Below, one piece after another: positions 10,094 through 19,609 of a stretch of 64,000 bases of DNA; the stretch's first letter is position 1, and the number at the start of each line of letters is the position of its first letter. This DNA is from Polyangiales bacterium (GTDB lineage Bacteria > Myxococcota_A > Polyangia > Polyangiales > Houyiibacteriaceae): NCBI GenBank assembly GCA_045106895.1, contig JBGCFM010000069.1:25930-89929 (forward strand). Reading direction: 5' to 3'. A program made the translations under genes and the position numbers. Below the pieces are notes generated by a model. That model made no database searches, had not been told where the DNA came from, and saw nothing but the letters and a program-made list of their open reading frames with translations.

Positions 10094-10516
10094 ATGGCAA
10101 TCGATGTACTCATCTGTGACGACAGCGCCGTGATGCGCAACATGGTCAAACGCGCACTCAACATGACGGGTCTCGCGATCGGAAACGTGGACTTCGCCAA
10201 TCATGGCGATGACGCGATCGAGAAGGTGAGCGGGCGCTCGTACGACCTTCTCTTGTTGGACGTCAACATGCCCGTCCGAGACGGAGTGTCCGCTCTCACC
10301 GAGATCCGACGAGCCGAGGAGGGTCATGGGATATCCGTTGTCGCGGTGACCAGCGAAGGAAGCGATGAGAAGCGACAAGCGCTCCGCGATCTTCGTGCGT
10401 CGATCGTCTCCAAACCCTTTACAGCAGAACAACTCGTGGACGGCATCCTGGATGCCATAAGGAACCCCTATGGAATGGCAGAAACCCCTCAAAGAGCTGT
10501 GCTTACGAGTTTTTGA
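10094..10516 (+). CDS. cheY: Single-domain response regulator (CheY-like)
   Basis: ICDDS, LLDVNMP (phospho-Asp), VTS, SKPF; AAGGAA RBS upstream. Confidence 0.88.
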   Translation: MAIDVLICDDSAVMRNMVKRALNMTGLAIGNVDFANHGDDAIEKVSGRSYDLLLLDVNMPVRDGVSALTEIRRAEEGHGISVVAVTSEGSDEKRQALRDLRASIVSKPFTAEQLVDGILDAIRNPYGMAETPQRAVLTSF

Positions 10517-10904
10517 AACAATGTGTTTCGCCGTCCCGCTGGACGACGAGGACGCTTCGCAGCCGCCCGACGTCGGGTATTCCGTCGCGTTCAAGAGCGC
10601 GGACCCCAACGCCGTGCCGGCGGCTGAAGGCTGTCTTTGGGTGGGCCTGCAAGACGAATGCGCAATGGAGATGGTCTCGAGCATGCTCGGCGATCCGTGC
10701 CCTGCGCCCGAAGACCTACGTGACGGCGTGGCCGAACTTGCCAACGTGATCGTCGGACAGCTCTTCCTCACCCACGCTCCGAACTCAGGTCACCACCTCG
10801 GTACACCCATCTACAGCCCAAAACCGCCGGCTGGACAGTCCATCGCAGAGGTGACGTTTACTTTCGACACGGGCAGTGCCGCCGTCATTCTCGCGTCTTC
10901 ATAG
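10470..10904 (+). CDS. cheX: CheX-family phosphatase
   Basis: VFETMCF, MVSSMLG, DGVAELANVIVG (ExxN motif), LGTP; AAGGAA RBS before ATG 10470. Confidence 0.75.
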   Translation: MEWQKPLKELCLRVFETMCFAVPLDDEDASQPPDVGYSVAFKSADPNAVPAAEGCLWVGLQDECAMEMVSSMLGDPCPAPEDLRDGVAELANVIVGQLFLTHAPNSGHHLGTPIYSPKPPAGQSIAEVTFTFDTGSAAVILASS

Positions 10905-11002
10905 AAGAGCCACGCTTTTGGGCCTACAGATTGCGCCACAGCTTCCGTTCGTGAAGACAGCATGGCTCGACACCCTAGGACGACCGCACGAGGAGAACGC
11001 GT

Positions 11003-11968
11003 GTGAGTATGAAAGCGAAAGCGCTTCGGCGGGGGTGCGCTGAATGGGAACTGATCGTCGAACGTTTGGTGCGTGTCGGGAACGACCACTACAAGCCCCA
11101 GCGTTCGTCGGTGCACGGCAGCGAAAAGATCCTCGAAACACTTGCGAACCTCGATTCTGGTCTCGTTGAAGAAGCGGCGAGGGCGATGGCCGGGGAACAT
11201 CCGACTTACAAATTCAAGGGCGGTCGCTTACAGCCGTGGGACGCTCAGCAGAGCATTTCGACGGAGCAGGACGACAGCGAACTCTCCCGACTCAGACGCC
11301 GGTGTGGGCGTCTTGAAAGTCGCGTAGATTCCCTTGAGCGCGCTCTTCGGCGAAGAGCGGAACCGAAGCGGAGAAACTCTTCCACAGCCTCTCCGTTGTC
11401 GGAGCCTTCAGTGTCGGCGCAGCTTTCCGAAGAGGATGCCACGGCACCCAGCGGTGCGAAGCGCAGCTCCGTACCCGCCCAGGCGGCTCGAAGTACGCCG
11501 ACGACGGACGAATCACAGTGCATCTCTTTCCCGACCCCGGAGACTCTGCGCAAAGCTTACGAGGACTTGCTCGGTGACGAGCTTTCATTTCGCGCGGTGT
11601 CTGCTTTTGACCCGCATGACTCGCAGCTCTACCTCGTTGACTTGCTCGATGACAATGATGAAGCCGTAGGGGTGATTGGCGCAGACCTTCGAGCCGTCGT
11701 GTTTCAGGCGGGCGCGCTTACGATGATGGCGAAAGAGGAGCGCGAGATGGTGTTTCAAGGTGGCGAGCCCAACGAAGACATGATGGAGGCGATGAAGGAA
11801 CTCTTCACGGTTCACGCGCGCTGCTTTTGTGGAGTCCCCGGAAACCCCCACGTGCGAACGGGCCCGATCCGACGACTCACGGAGGATGACACTTGGCTCG
11901 CTACCCCCGCTGCGTCGATGGCTCTTCAGGACGGCTTCGACGGGCGAATGCTCTTGGCGTCTCGTTAG
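11003..11968 (+). CDS. Hypothetical: unknown N-terminal domain + coiled coil + S/P/A linker + probable CheC/CheX-like C-terminal domain
   Basis: AGGAG RBS. The C-terminus (FPTPETLRKAYEDLLG...DLRAVVFQAGALTMM...EDMMEAMKELFTV...GNPHVR) resembles CheC-fold proteins found beside chemotaxis regulators. The N-terminus is shared with ORF <1-258. Confidence 0.6.
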   Translation: MSMKAKALRRGCAEWELIVERLVRVGNDHYKPQRSSVHGSEKILETLANLDSGLVEEAARAMAGEHPTYKFKGGRLQPWDAQQSISTEQDDSELSRLRRRCGRLESRVDSLERALRRRAEPKRRNSSTASPLSEPSVSAQLSEEDATAPSGAKRSSVPAQAARSTPTTDESQCISFPTPETLRKAYEDLLGDELSFRAVSAFDPHDSQLYLVDLLDDNDEAVGVIGADLRAVVFQAGALTMMAKEEREMVFQGGEPNEDMMEAMKELFTVHARCFCGVPGNPHVRTGPIRRLTEDDTWLATPAASMALQDGFDGRMLLASR

Positions 11969-12028
11969 AGACCGAAACTCGCTTCGAGACGATTTGGACG
12001 TGCCAACCAAGGCTGCTAAGGGCCTGCC

Positions 12029-13381
12029 ATGAAAGCACGTGTGATCGGAGCAGGGCTCGCTGGTAGCGAGGCCGCATGGCAGCTGGCGGAGGCGGGGGTC
12101 GCCGTAACGTTGGTGGAGCAGAAGCCGAAGAAACGTACGCCGGCGGCGCAGCATGACTTCTTCGCGGAGCTCGTCTGCAGCAACTCGTTTCGTGGCGCTG
12201 CCCTCGCGAACGCCGTCGGGCTGCTCAAGGAAGAGATGCGGCAGTCTGGGTCGTTCATCATGGACTGCGCCGCCGGCGCGCGCGTTCCCGCGGGTGGGGC
12301 GTTCGCCGTTGACCGCGAGATCTTTGGTGCGGAGGTCACGCGCCGTCTTCACGAACACACGAACATCGATGTCGTTTGCGATGAAGTCCTGGCAATCCCA
12401 GAGCTGGACGAGCCGGTTGTGCTGGCGACGGGACCACTTACCGGGGACGCCCTCGCTGCGGACCTGGCCCGCGTCATCGGCGATGAACATCTCGCCTACT
12501 ACGACGCCATCGCGCCCGTGGTTACAACGGACAGCATCAACTGGGACATCGTGTTCAAGGCCTCCCGCTACGGGAAGGGCGACGACGCCGCCTATGGCAA
12601 CTGTCCGATGAATGAAGAAGAGTACGGAGTCTTTTTGAAAGCGGTGCTCGACTCAGAAAAGGTCGTGCCGCGTGAGTTCGAAGAGGTGAAGTACTTCGAG
12701 GGGTGCCTGCCACTGGAGATCATGGCGGAACGTGGACCCAAGACGTTGCTCTTTGGGCCCATGAAACCCGTTGGCCTCGACGACCCTCGAACCGGCCGTT
12801 GGCCCCACGCTGTAGTGCAGCTTCGTCAAGAGAACGCCGCCGGCACGGCATATAACCTCGTCGGGTTTCAGACCCGTATGAAACACCCCGACCAAAAGCG
12901 GGTGTTTCGTCTGATCCCGGGTCTCGAAAAAGCGGAGTTTCAACGGCTCGGCAGCGTGCACCGAAACACCTTCGTCAACGCGCCCTCGGTCACCGGCGAC
13001 CTCCTCGAGCTACGCGCAAAACCGGGCGTATACTTGGCGGGCCAGGTCAGCGGCGTTGAGGGCTACATCGAGAGCGCGGCCTGCGGACTTCTTGTCGGGA
13101 AGCTCCTCGCTGCGCGTTTGGCCGGGCGAGAGCTCGCGCCACCTCCAACGACGACGGCCCTCGGCGGCCTCTACAGTCATGTCCGTGTGCCACGCGACGA
13201 TTTTCAGCCTTCCAACATCACGTGGAACCTGATCAACAGCGAAGATGTGCCGCGGACGGAACTCACGGCGAAGGGCAAGAAGCGAAAGATCGGAAAAGCC
13301 GAGCGGCGAGGTCAGCTGGCTGAACGCGCTCTTGCACACCTCAAAGAGTGGCGAGACGCTCAGGTGAGCGCAACCGACTAA
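12029..13381 (+). CDS. trmFO: FAD/folate-dependent tRNA (uracil-54) methyltransferase TrmFO (Gid)
   Basis: [61 protein letters not shown]. Confidence 0.97.
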   Translation: MKARVIGAGLAGSEAAWQLAEAGVAVTLVEQKPKKRTPAAQHDFFAELVCSNSFRGAALANAVGLLKEEMRQSGSFIMDCAAGARVPAGGAFAVDREIFGAEVTRRLHEHTNIDVVCDEVLAIPELDEPVVLATGPLTGDALAADLARVIGDEHLAYYDAIAPVVTTDSINWDIVFKASRYGKGDDAAYGNCPMNEEEYGVFLKAVLDSEKVVPREFEEVKYFEGCLPLEIMAERGPKTLLFGPMKPVGLDDPRTGRWPHAVVQLRQENAAGTAYNLVGFQTRMKHPDQKRVFRLIPGLEKAEFQRLGSVHRNTFVNAPSVTGDLLELRAKPGVYLAGQVSGVEGYIESAACGLLVGKLLAARLAGRELAPPPTTTALGGLYSHVRVPRDDFQPSNITWNLINSEDVPRTELTAKGKKRKIGKAERRGQLAERALAHLKEWRDAQVSATD

Positions 13382-13484
13382 GGCACGTGTAGGAAGCCGC
13401 GCATCAAGCCATTGAGCGCTTCGAGGAGGTACGGGTCGTCAACGTCGTAGCTCTCGGCGACGACGTCGGTAAACGTTGACGTGT

Positions 13485-14651
13485 TCAGCGGATGTTGACG
13501 CGTCGCACATGGCCCTCGTCGCGCTCGGTGATGAGAATATTGCCGGCGCCATCCATGGTCACAGCCCGTGCTTCGCTGATCTTTTCGCCGGGCGAATCGT
13601 ATGGCTCGCCGTCGCCGGAGTGTTCGCCCTTGTCCCCGTCGACCATCAAGTGCACGTACCCTGCAACGTCGAGGTACCAGATCTGTGATCCATCGTGCGT
13701 GGCGAGGAGCGCGCCGCCCTCGGGGTGAAACCATATGCCGCGGACCTCGTCGAGGCCGGTCTCAAGGGCCGGCATGCCGTCTCCGCCGCCGTCCGTGGTT
13801 CCGTTTCCGGCGATGACCGTGCGTGTACCATCATCGGCAAGCGCGTACACGAGGTGTGCGCCACGGTCGGTCACGCCGAGGGTGCCGTCCGGGGCGACAT
13901 GCAGGTTGGCAAGGGACGAAAAGCCACTCGCAAGAACCTCAACGCCACCATCGGGTGTCCAGCGAAGAAGCCGCGTGCCCGCAGCGACGTAAGCCAGTGT
14001 CTCGTCGTCCGCGACCCAGAGCCCGCGCCCCGCTCCGGCGCCTCCGATCTCGAAGAGAGTGCGGATCTGGCCATCGATATCGACGGCTCGTACTCGATCG
14101 TTGCCGAGGTCTAGAATGTAGAATGTACCATCATCGCGAACCCACAGCCCATTGGGGTTGTCGAGGGCCGCGGCCGTCGCGGCGCGTGGCGCATCACCGT
14201 CAAACCCCGCGACGTTGGTGCCCGCAACCGTGGTGATCACGCCGCTGGCGTCGAGACGACGAACGCCATGCGCTTCCTTGTCCGCAATGTAGATATTGCC
14301 GGCGGCGTCGGCCATCGCCATATGCGGGCGCGAGAGCTCGGCGGCCGTTCCCGGTTCTCCTTCGAAGGACTCGCTCCAGCCGTTCACCCTATCGACGAGT
14401 CCCGTTCCTGCCACCGTTTCCAACAAACCGTAGCGCGAACGTAGCGTGTCGATGTCGAGCACTCCGGCGTCGGCGGCGAGGGCATCATCGGCGACGGAGT
14501 CCGCTTCGTCGATATCCATCACGCGCGCGTCGTCACCCGAGAGGGGAGCGTCCACCGATGATTCCTGGCCAGCATCTTCTGGCGGCGCGGCGTCGCTCTT
14601 GCAGCCCGTACTCAGCGCACATACAAGCACGAGATTCGCTAAAACACGCAT
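13485..14651 (-). CDS. NHL-repeat (teneurin-like) beta-propeller lipoprotein
   Basis: Lipobox-like LSTGC; repeats such as TVAGTG, AGNIYIAD..HGVRRLDASGVITTVAG, GFDGD, LDNPNGL. Confidence 0.75.
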   Translation of the reverse strand: MRVLANLVLVCALSTGCKSDAAPPEDAGQESSVDAPLSGDDARVMDIDEADSVADDALAADAGVLDIDTLRSRYGLLETVAGTGLVDRVNGWSESFEGEPGTAAELSRPHMAMADAAGNIYIADKEAHGVRRLDASGVITTVAGTNVAGFDGDAPRAATAAALDNPNGLWVRDDGTFYILDLGNDRVRAVDIDGQIRTLFEIGGAGAGRGLWVADDETLAYVAAGTRLLRWTPDGGVEVLASGFSSLANLHVAPDGTLGVTDRGAHLVYALADDGTRTVIAGNGTTDGGGDGMPALETGLDEVRGIWFHPEGGALLATHDGSQIWYLDVAGYVHLMVDGDKGEHSGDGEPYDSPGEKISEARAVTMDGAGNILITERDEGHVRRVNIR

Positions 14652-14723
14652 CCCGCGAATCTAGCACGCGGGAATCTTCGCTTCGGTCGCTTTTCTCCGA
14701 AGAATCCGCCGCAAACCAAGCGG

Positions 14724-15701
14724 CTAGGACTTACCCTTCTTCTTCGCAAGGGGATGCGCTTTGTCGTAGACCTCCATCAAGCGGTCCACGCTCACCTGGG
14801 TGTAGCGCTGGGTCGTGGAGAGGCTGGCGTGGCCGAGGAGCTCTTGAATCGAGCGGAGGTCGGCGCCGGCGTCGAGGAGATGCGTGGCGCAAGTGTGCCG
14901 AAGCGCATGCGGATGAAGGTCCGAGCGTCCGGCGCCAAGGATCCCATAACGACGGACGATATTCTGCGTCTGTCTCGTACTGAGCGCAGTCCCGTAGCGC
15001 CCGACAAAGAGCGCCTCCTCATGAACGACGCCATCTTTCTTACGAAGCGACGCGCGCACCTGAAGGTAGGTCAGGAGGCTCTCGTGTGCCGCGCGACCGA
15101 TGGGCACGATGCGCTCTTTGTTGCCTTTGCCGATGACACGCATCTCCCGGCGCGCGAGGTCGACCTGCCTGAGCGTCAGTCCGGCCAGCTCGCCGACGCG
15201 AAGCCCACCTCCATAGAGCAGCTCCAGCATCGCCGCATCGCGCTTGGCGAGGGCGTCGGCTTTAGGACCCCTTCGTAGGTTCTCTGCGGGCGCTTCCACG
15301 ACGCGAAGAGCGTCCTCGACGCTGAGAAAGCGAGGGAGCTTCTGTGCACGCTTGGGCGCCCTGAGCGCGCTCGCGGGGTTGTGCTCAAGGATGCCTCGTC
15401 GCCGGAGTAGGCGGAAGAACGAACGAAGGGCGGAGAGCCGCCGGGAAGTCGAAGATGGCGCGAGGGTGCCAAAGCCCTTGGCGAGAAAGGCACGTAGAAC
15501 CGTCACGTCGACGTGTCTTGCGTCCAGTGGAAGCCCCGATTCTTCGAGGAACCCACGCAGCACCGACAGTTCGCGCCGGTACGCCTTGAGCGTGGCTCCG
15601 GAGAGACGGCGTTCTTCCTGTAGGTACGAGAAGAAGAGCTCGCTCTGGGCGTCATAAGGTGCGCCGCGGGGCTCTACAACGCTGCTTTTTGCCTTCGCCA
15701 C
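14724..15701 (-). CDS. xerC: Tyrosine recombinase XerC
   Basis: Catalytic R-K-H-R-H-Y all present (GLRVGEL, GKGNKER, HPHALRH, LLGH, STTQRY); adjacent to hslV as is typical for xerC. Confidence 0.88.
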   Translation of the reverse strand: MAKAKSSVVEPRGAPYDAQSELFFSYLQEERRLSGATLKAYRRELSVLRGFLEESGLPLDARHVDVTVLRAFLAKGFGTLAPSSTSRRLSALRSFFRLLRRRGILEHNPASALRAPKRAQKLPRFLSVEDALRVVEAPAENLRRGPKADALAKRDAAMLELLYGGGLRVGELAGLTLRQVDLARREMRVIGKGNKERIVPIGRAAHESLLTYLQVRASLRKKDGVVHEEALFVGRYGTALSTRQTQNIVRRYGILGAGRSDLHPHALRHTCATHLLDAGADLRSIQELLGHASLSTTQRYTQVSVDRLMEVYDKAHPLAKKKGKS

Positions 15702-15796
15702 CCCCGAAGCCTACCAGCGGGACCTCAAAGGGCCCCACTTCGTGGGGATCCGAAACTCTGCCGACGGTGGCTCATTCTGCTAGTGTCCGCGCCTTC

Positions 15797-16357
15797 ATGG
15801 CCTCCTCCGACGAACGATTTCGCTCCACAACCATCATCGCGGTCCGCAAGGACGGCAAAGCCAGCATGGCCGGCGACGGCCAGGTAAGCCTCGGCCAGAC
15901 CGTTCTGAAAGGGAGCGCCAAGAAAGTCCGCCGCATCGCGGACGGAAAGGTCGTCGCAGGCTTTGCGGGCGCGACGGCGGACGCCTTCACGCTCCTTGAG
16001 CGTTTCGAAGGCAAGCTGAAGGAGTACCGCGGCTCGCTCATGCGCGCTGCGGTGGAGCTCACCAAGGACTGGCGGACGGATCGCTATCTACGCCGTCTCG
16101 AAGCCATGCTCATCGTCATGGACAAAGAGACGACTCTTCTCTTGAGCGGCACCGGCGACGTCATCGAACCCGATGAGGGCGTCATCGCCATCGGCTCCGG
16201 CGGCTCTTTCGCTCTGGCGTCGGCGAGGGCGCTCTATCGTCACACGGACATGGACGCGACGGCCATCGCACGCGAGTCGCTCACCATCGCCGGCGAAATT
16301 TGTGTCTACACGAACGGCAATATCATCGTCGAAGAAATCACGGAGGCTGCACAATGA
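15797..16357 (+). CDS. hslV: ATP-dependent protease subunit HslV
   Basis: STTIIAVR (catalytic Thr), [39 protein letters not shown]. Confidence 0.97.
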   Translation: MASSDERFRSTTIIAVRKDGKASMAGDGQVSLGQTVLKGSAKKVRRIADGKVVAGFAGATADAFTLLERFEGKLKEYRGSLMRAAVELTKDWRTDRYLRRLEAMLIVMDKETTLLLSGTGDVIEPDEGVIAIGSGGSFALASARALYRHTDMDATAIARESLTIAGEICVYTNGNIIVEEITEAAQ

Positions 16358-17736
16358 TCAACTTCACCCCACGTGAAACCGTGTCGGAACTCGACCGCTA
16401 CATCATCGGTCAAGACAAAGCCAAACGCGCCGTGGCCATCGCGCTGCGAAACCGTTGGCGTCGTCAGCAAGTCGCGCCGGAACTCCGCGACGAGATCGCG
16501 CCAAAGAACATCATCATGATCGGGCCCACGGGCTGCGGTAAGACGGAGATCGCACGCCGCCTCGCGAAGCTCGCCAAGGCGCCCTTCGTCAAGGTCGAAG
16601 CCTCTAAGTTCACCGAGGTTGGATATGTGGGTCGCGACGTGGAGTCGATGATCCGTGACCTCGTGGAGGTCGCGATTCAGCTCGTCCAGAAGGAAGCCAT
16701 CGACGAGGTGAAGGTACGCGCGGAAGGGCACGCCGAAGACCGACTCGTTCAGCTCCTAGCGGACCTTGAAGCACCGCAACCGCAGAACCCACCGCAGCCA
16801 GGACAGATGTTCGGTCCGTTTTCGATGGGCACCAAGGCTCAGGCAACGCCACACCCTGTTTCGCGCCTTGAGGATATCCGAAAGCGGCTTCGCGCCGGCG
16901 AGTTCGACGACACCATGATCGAGCTCGACGTCCAGGACACGGGCAACCCGTTTATGACGGTCTTCGGTCAGAACGGCACCGAAGAGATGAACCTCAAGGA
17001 CATGCTCTCGCAGGTCCCGGGGTTTCAGAACAAGACGAAGCGGCGCAAGGCTAAGGTGCCGGACGCGCGCAAGGCGCTGGAAGAGCAAGAAGCCAAAAAG
17101 CTCGTCGACATGGATGGCGTGCAGCGCCGCGCCATCGAGCGCACGGAGCAGGCCGGCATCGTGTTCTTGGACGAGATCGACAAGGTGGCGAGTCGTGGCG
17201 GCAAGAGCGGCCCCGACGTCTCCCGTGAAGGCGTCCAGCGCGACCTCCTCCCCATCGTCGAAGGCTCCACCGTCAGTACCAAGTACGGCCCCGTGAAGAC
17301 CGACCACGTTCTCTTCGTCGCCGCCGGCGCGTTCCATATCTCGAACGTCAGCGACATGATTCCAGAGCTCCAAGGGCGCTTCCCGATTCGCGTGGAACTC
17401 GACAGCCTCAAGAAGGACGACTTCGTCCGCATTTTGACGGAGCCGAAGAACGCGCTGACGCGACAGTATGCTGCGCTCATGGATACCGAAGGCGTTGAGC
17501 TTGTCTTTGAGGACGCAGCCATCGAGGCCATCGCCCACTACGCCGCGCAAGCCAACGAGCGCGCCGAGAACATCGGCGCGCGACGCCTTCATACGGTCCT
17601 CGAAGCGATCCTCGAAGAGCTGAGCTACAGCGCCTCGGAGCGCAGCGAACAGCGCTTCGTCGTCGACAAAGACCACGTCGAAAAGACCCTCGATCCGATC
17701 CTCGGTGACGAGGAACTCTCCCGATACATCCTCTGA
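16354..17736 (+). CDS. hslU: ATP-dependent protease ATPase subunit HslU
   Basis: [60 protein letters not shown] overlap with hslV. Confidence 0.98.
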   Translation: MINFTPRETVSELDRYIIGQDKAKRAVAIALRNRWRRQQVAPELRDEIAPKNIIMIGPTGCGKTEIARRLAKLAKAPFVKVEASKFTEVGYVGRDVESMIRDLVEVAIQLVQKEAIDEVKVRAEGHAEDRLVQLLADLEAPQPQNPPQPGQMFGPFSMGTKAQATPHPVSRLEDIRKRLRAGEFDDTMIELDVQDTGNPFMTVFGQNGTEEMNLKDMLSQVPGFQNKTKRRKAKVPDARKALEEQEAKKLVDMDGVQRRAIERTEQAGIVFLDEIDKVASRGGKSGPDVSREGVQRDLLPIVEGSTVSTKYGPVKTDHVLFVAAGAFHISNVSDMIPELQGRFPIRVELDSLKKDDFVRILTEPKNALTRQYAALMDTEGVELVFEDAAIEAIAHYAAQANERAENIGARRLHTVLEAILEELSYSASERSEQRFVVDKDHVEKTLDPILGDEELSRYIL

Positions 17737-17741
17737 ACGCC

Positions 17742-18611
17742 ATGCACTCCATCGCCGACAAGGCCGCGATCCTCCACGAGGCGCTTCCCTATATTCGAGC
17801 CTTCCACGGGGAGATCTTCGTCATCAAATATGGCGGACACGCCATGGTCGACCCCGCGCTGCGCGATAGCTTCGCCCGCGACGTCGTCCTCATGAAATAC
17901 GTCGGTCTCAACCCCGTCGTCGTCCACGGCGGAGGTCCGCAAATCGACGAGACCCTCGCGGAGTTCGGAGTGGTAAGCGAGCGCGTGGAGGGTCTTCGGG
18001 TCACGGACGAGCGCACGATGAAGGTCGTCGAGATGGTCCTTGGCGCGCAGATCAACCAAGAGATCGTGAGCCTCATCGGCAAACACGGCGGTCGCGCCGT
18101 TGGACTCACCGGTAGAGACGACGCGTGCGTGCGTGCGAAGAAGGTCGAGCGCATGACGACGCGCTCGGGCAAAGAGGTCGACCCTGGGCGCGTCGGGGCC
18201 GTCACGAGCGTAAAACCCGAAGTGATTCACCGGCTCGTGGAAGGCGGGTTCATCCCGGTCATTGCCCCCATCGCCGTCGACGAGGCGGGGCATTCTCTGA
18301 ACGTCAACGCCGACACCGTGGCGGGCAAGGTCGCCGAGGCCATCGGCGCGCGTAAGCTCGTCTTGATGACAGACATCGAAGGCGTCCGTGGCGAAGAGGG
18401 CACGGTGATGAGCTCGCTTCGCGCCAGCGAGATTCACACGCTGCAAGAAAAGGGCGTCATCGAGGGGGGCATGATTCCCAAAGTCGGGTGCGCCCTCGAG
18501 GCCCTCGTGGGCGGCGTCAACAAAGCTCACATCATCGACGGACGCGCCAAACATGCCGTGCTCCTCGAGATCTTCACCGACGAAGGCGTCGGTACCGAAA
18601 TCATGAAATAG
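17742..18611 (+). CDS. argB: Acetylglutamate kinase
   Basis: EALPYI, VIKYGGHAM, VHGGGPQI, GLRVTD, NVNAD, GGMIPK, HIIDGR. Confidence 0.97.
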   Translation: MHSIADKAAILHEALPYIRAFHGEIFVIKYGGHAMVDPALRDSFARDVVLMKYVGLNPVVVHGGGPQIDETLAEFGVVSERVEGLRVTDERTMKVVEMVLGAQINQEIVSLIGKHGGRAVGLTGRDDACVRAKKVERMTTRSGKEVDPGRVGAVTSVKPEVIHRLVEGGFIPVIAPIAVDEAGHSLNVNADTVAGKVAEAIGARKLVLMTDIEGVRGEEGTVMSSLRASEIHTLQEKGVIEGGMIPKVGCALEALVGGVNKAHIIDGRAKHAVLLEIFTDEGVGTEIMK

Positions 18612-18621
18612 GCGTTTTTCT

Positions 18622-19539
18622 ATGTCTCGCATTCCACGTCACTTCCGTTCCCTTGAAGATGTCTCTCGCGAAGAGCTCATCGCGCTCCTCGACCTCGCCG
18701 ACCGGCTGAAGGCGGAGCGCGGAACGTCCGCACACCCCAAGCCCTTGAGCGGCAAGAGTGTGGCGCTCATCTTCGAGAAGGCCTCCACGCGAACCCGGCT
18801 GAGTTTTGAAGTCGGCGTGTCTGAACTCGGCGGCCATCCGCTGATCATCATGGCGAAAGACACGCAGATGGGTCGCGGGGAACCGCTCTCGGACACCGCG
18901 CGCATTTTGTCGGGTTACGTTCACGGGGTGGTGATTCGGACCTTCGGTCACGAGCGTCTCGAGGCGCTCTGCGATCACGCGTCGATTCCCATCGTGAATG
19001 CGCTCACGGACCTCTTTCATCCGTGCCAGCTTCTGGCGGACCTGCAGACGATCCGCGCTCACTTTGGCCGTCTCGACGTGACCGCTGCTTGGATTGGCGA
19101 CGGCAACAACATGGCTCACTCGTGGATTCTGGCCGCCGCGCGTGCCGGCCTGTCTCTGCGCATCGCATGCCCGGAAGGCTACGACCCGGACCCGGCCGTC
19201 TTGGCGAAGGGACGCGAGCTCGGAGGGGACATCGTCGTGGTGCGCGATCCCGCCGAGGCCGTCGATGGCGCGGACGTCGTCAACACGGACGTCTGGGCGA
19301 GCATGGGCCAGGAAGACGAGACGAAGGCCCGTCAGCTAGCTTTCGCCGACTACTACGTGGATGAGAAGCTCATGGAGCGAGCATCCGAAAACGGCATTTT
19401 CCTTCATTGCCTTCCAGCCCATCGTGGGGAGGAAGTCAGTGCAGAGGTCATCGATGGGCCGCGTTCGCAGGTGTGGAAGCAAGCGGAGAACCGCCTTCAC
19501 GCCCAAAAGGCACTCCTCGCCACGCTCATCGCGAACTGA
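18622..19539 (+). CDS. argF: Ornithine carbamoyltransferase
   Basis: FEKASTRTR, HPCQLLAD, GDGNN, TDVWASMG, HCLPAHRG, ENRLH. Confidence 0.97.
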   Translation: MSRIPRHFRSLEDVSREELIALLDLADRLKAERGTSAHPKPLSGKSVALIFEKASTRTRLSFEVGVSELGGHPLIIMAKDTQMGRGEPLSDTARILSGYVHGVVIRTFGHERLEALCDHASIPIVNALTDLFHPCQLLADLQTIRAHFGRLDVTAAWIGDGNNMAHSWILAAARAGLSLRIACPEGYDPDPAVLAKGRELGGDIVVVRDPAEAVDGADVVNTDVWASMGQEDETKARQLAFADYYVDEKLMERASENGIFLHCLPAHRGEEVSAEVIDGPRSQVWKQAENRLHAQKALLATLIAN

Positions 19540-19609
19540 TCTCGTTTTCCCAAGCTCCGAGCAAAGCGAACTCGTGCGGGGCGGTTTTCTAGTGGTACGG
19601 TAGGCCGGA

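Noticed and set aside
14724..15701. Tyrosine recombinase as a prophage/island integrase
   Set aside because: Size, motifs and adjacency to hslVU/trmFO fit chromosomal XerC; no phage or conjugation genes and no att repeats were noticed.
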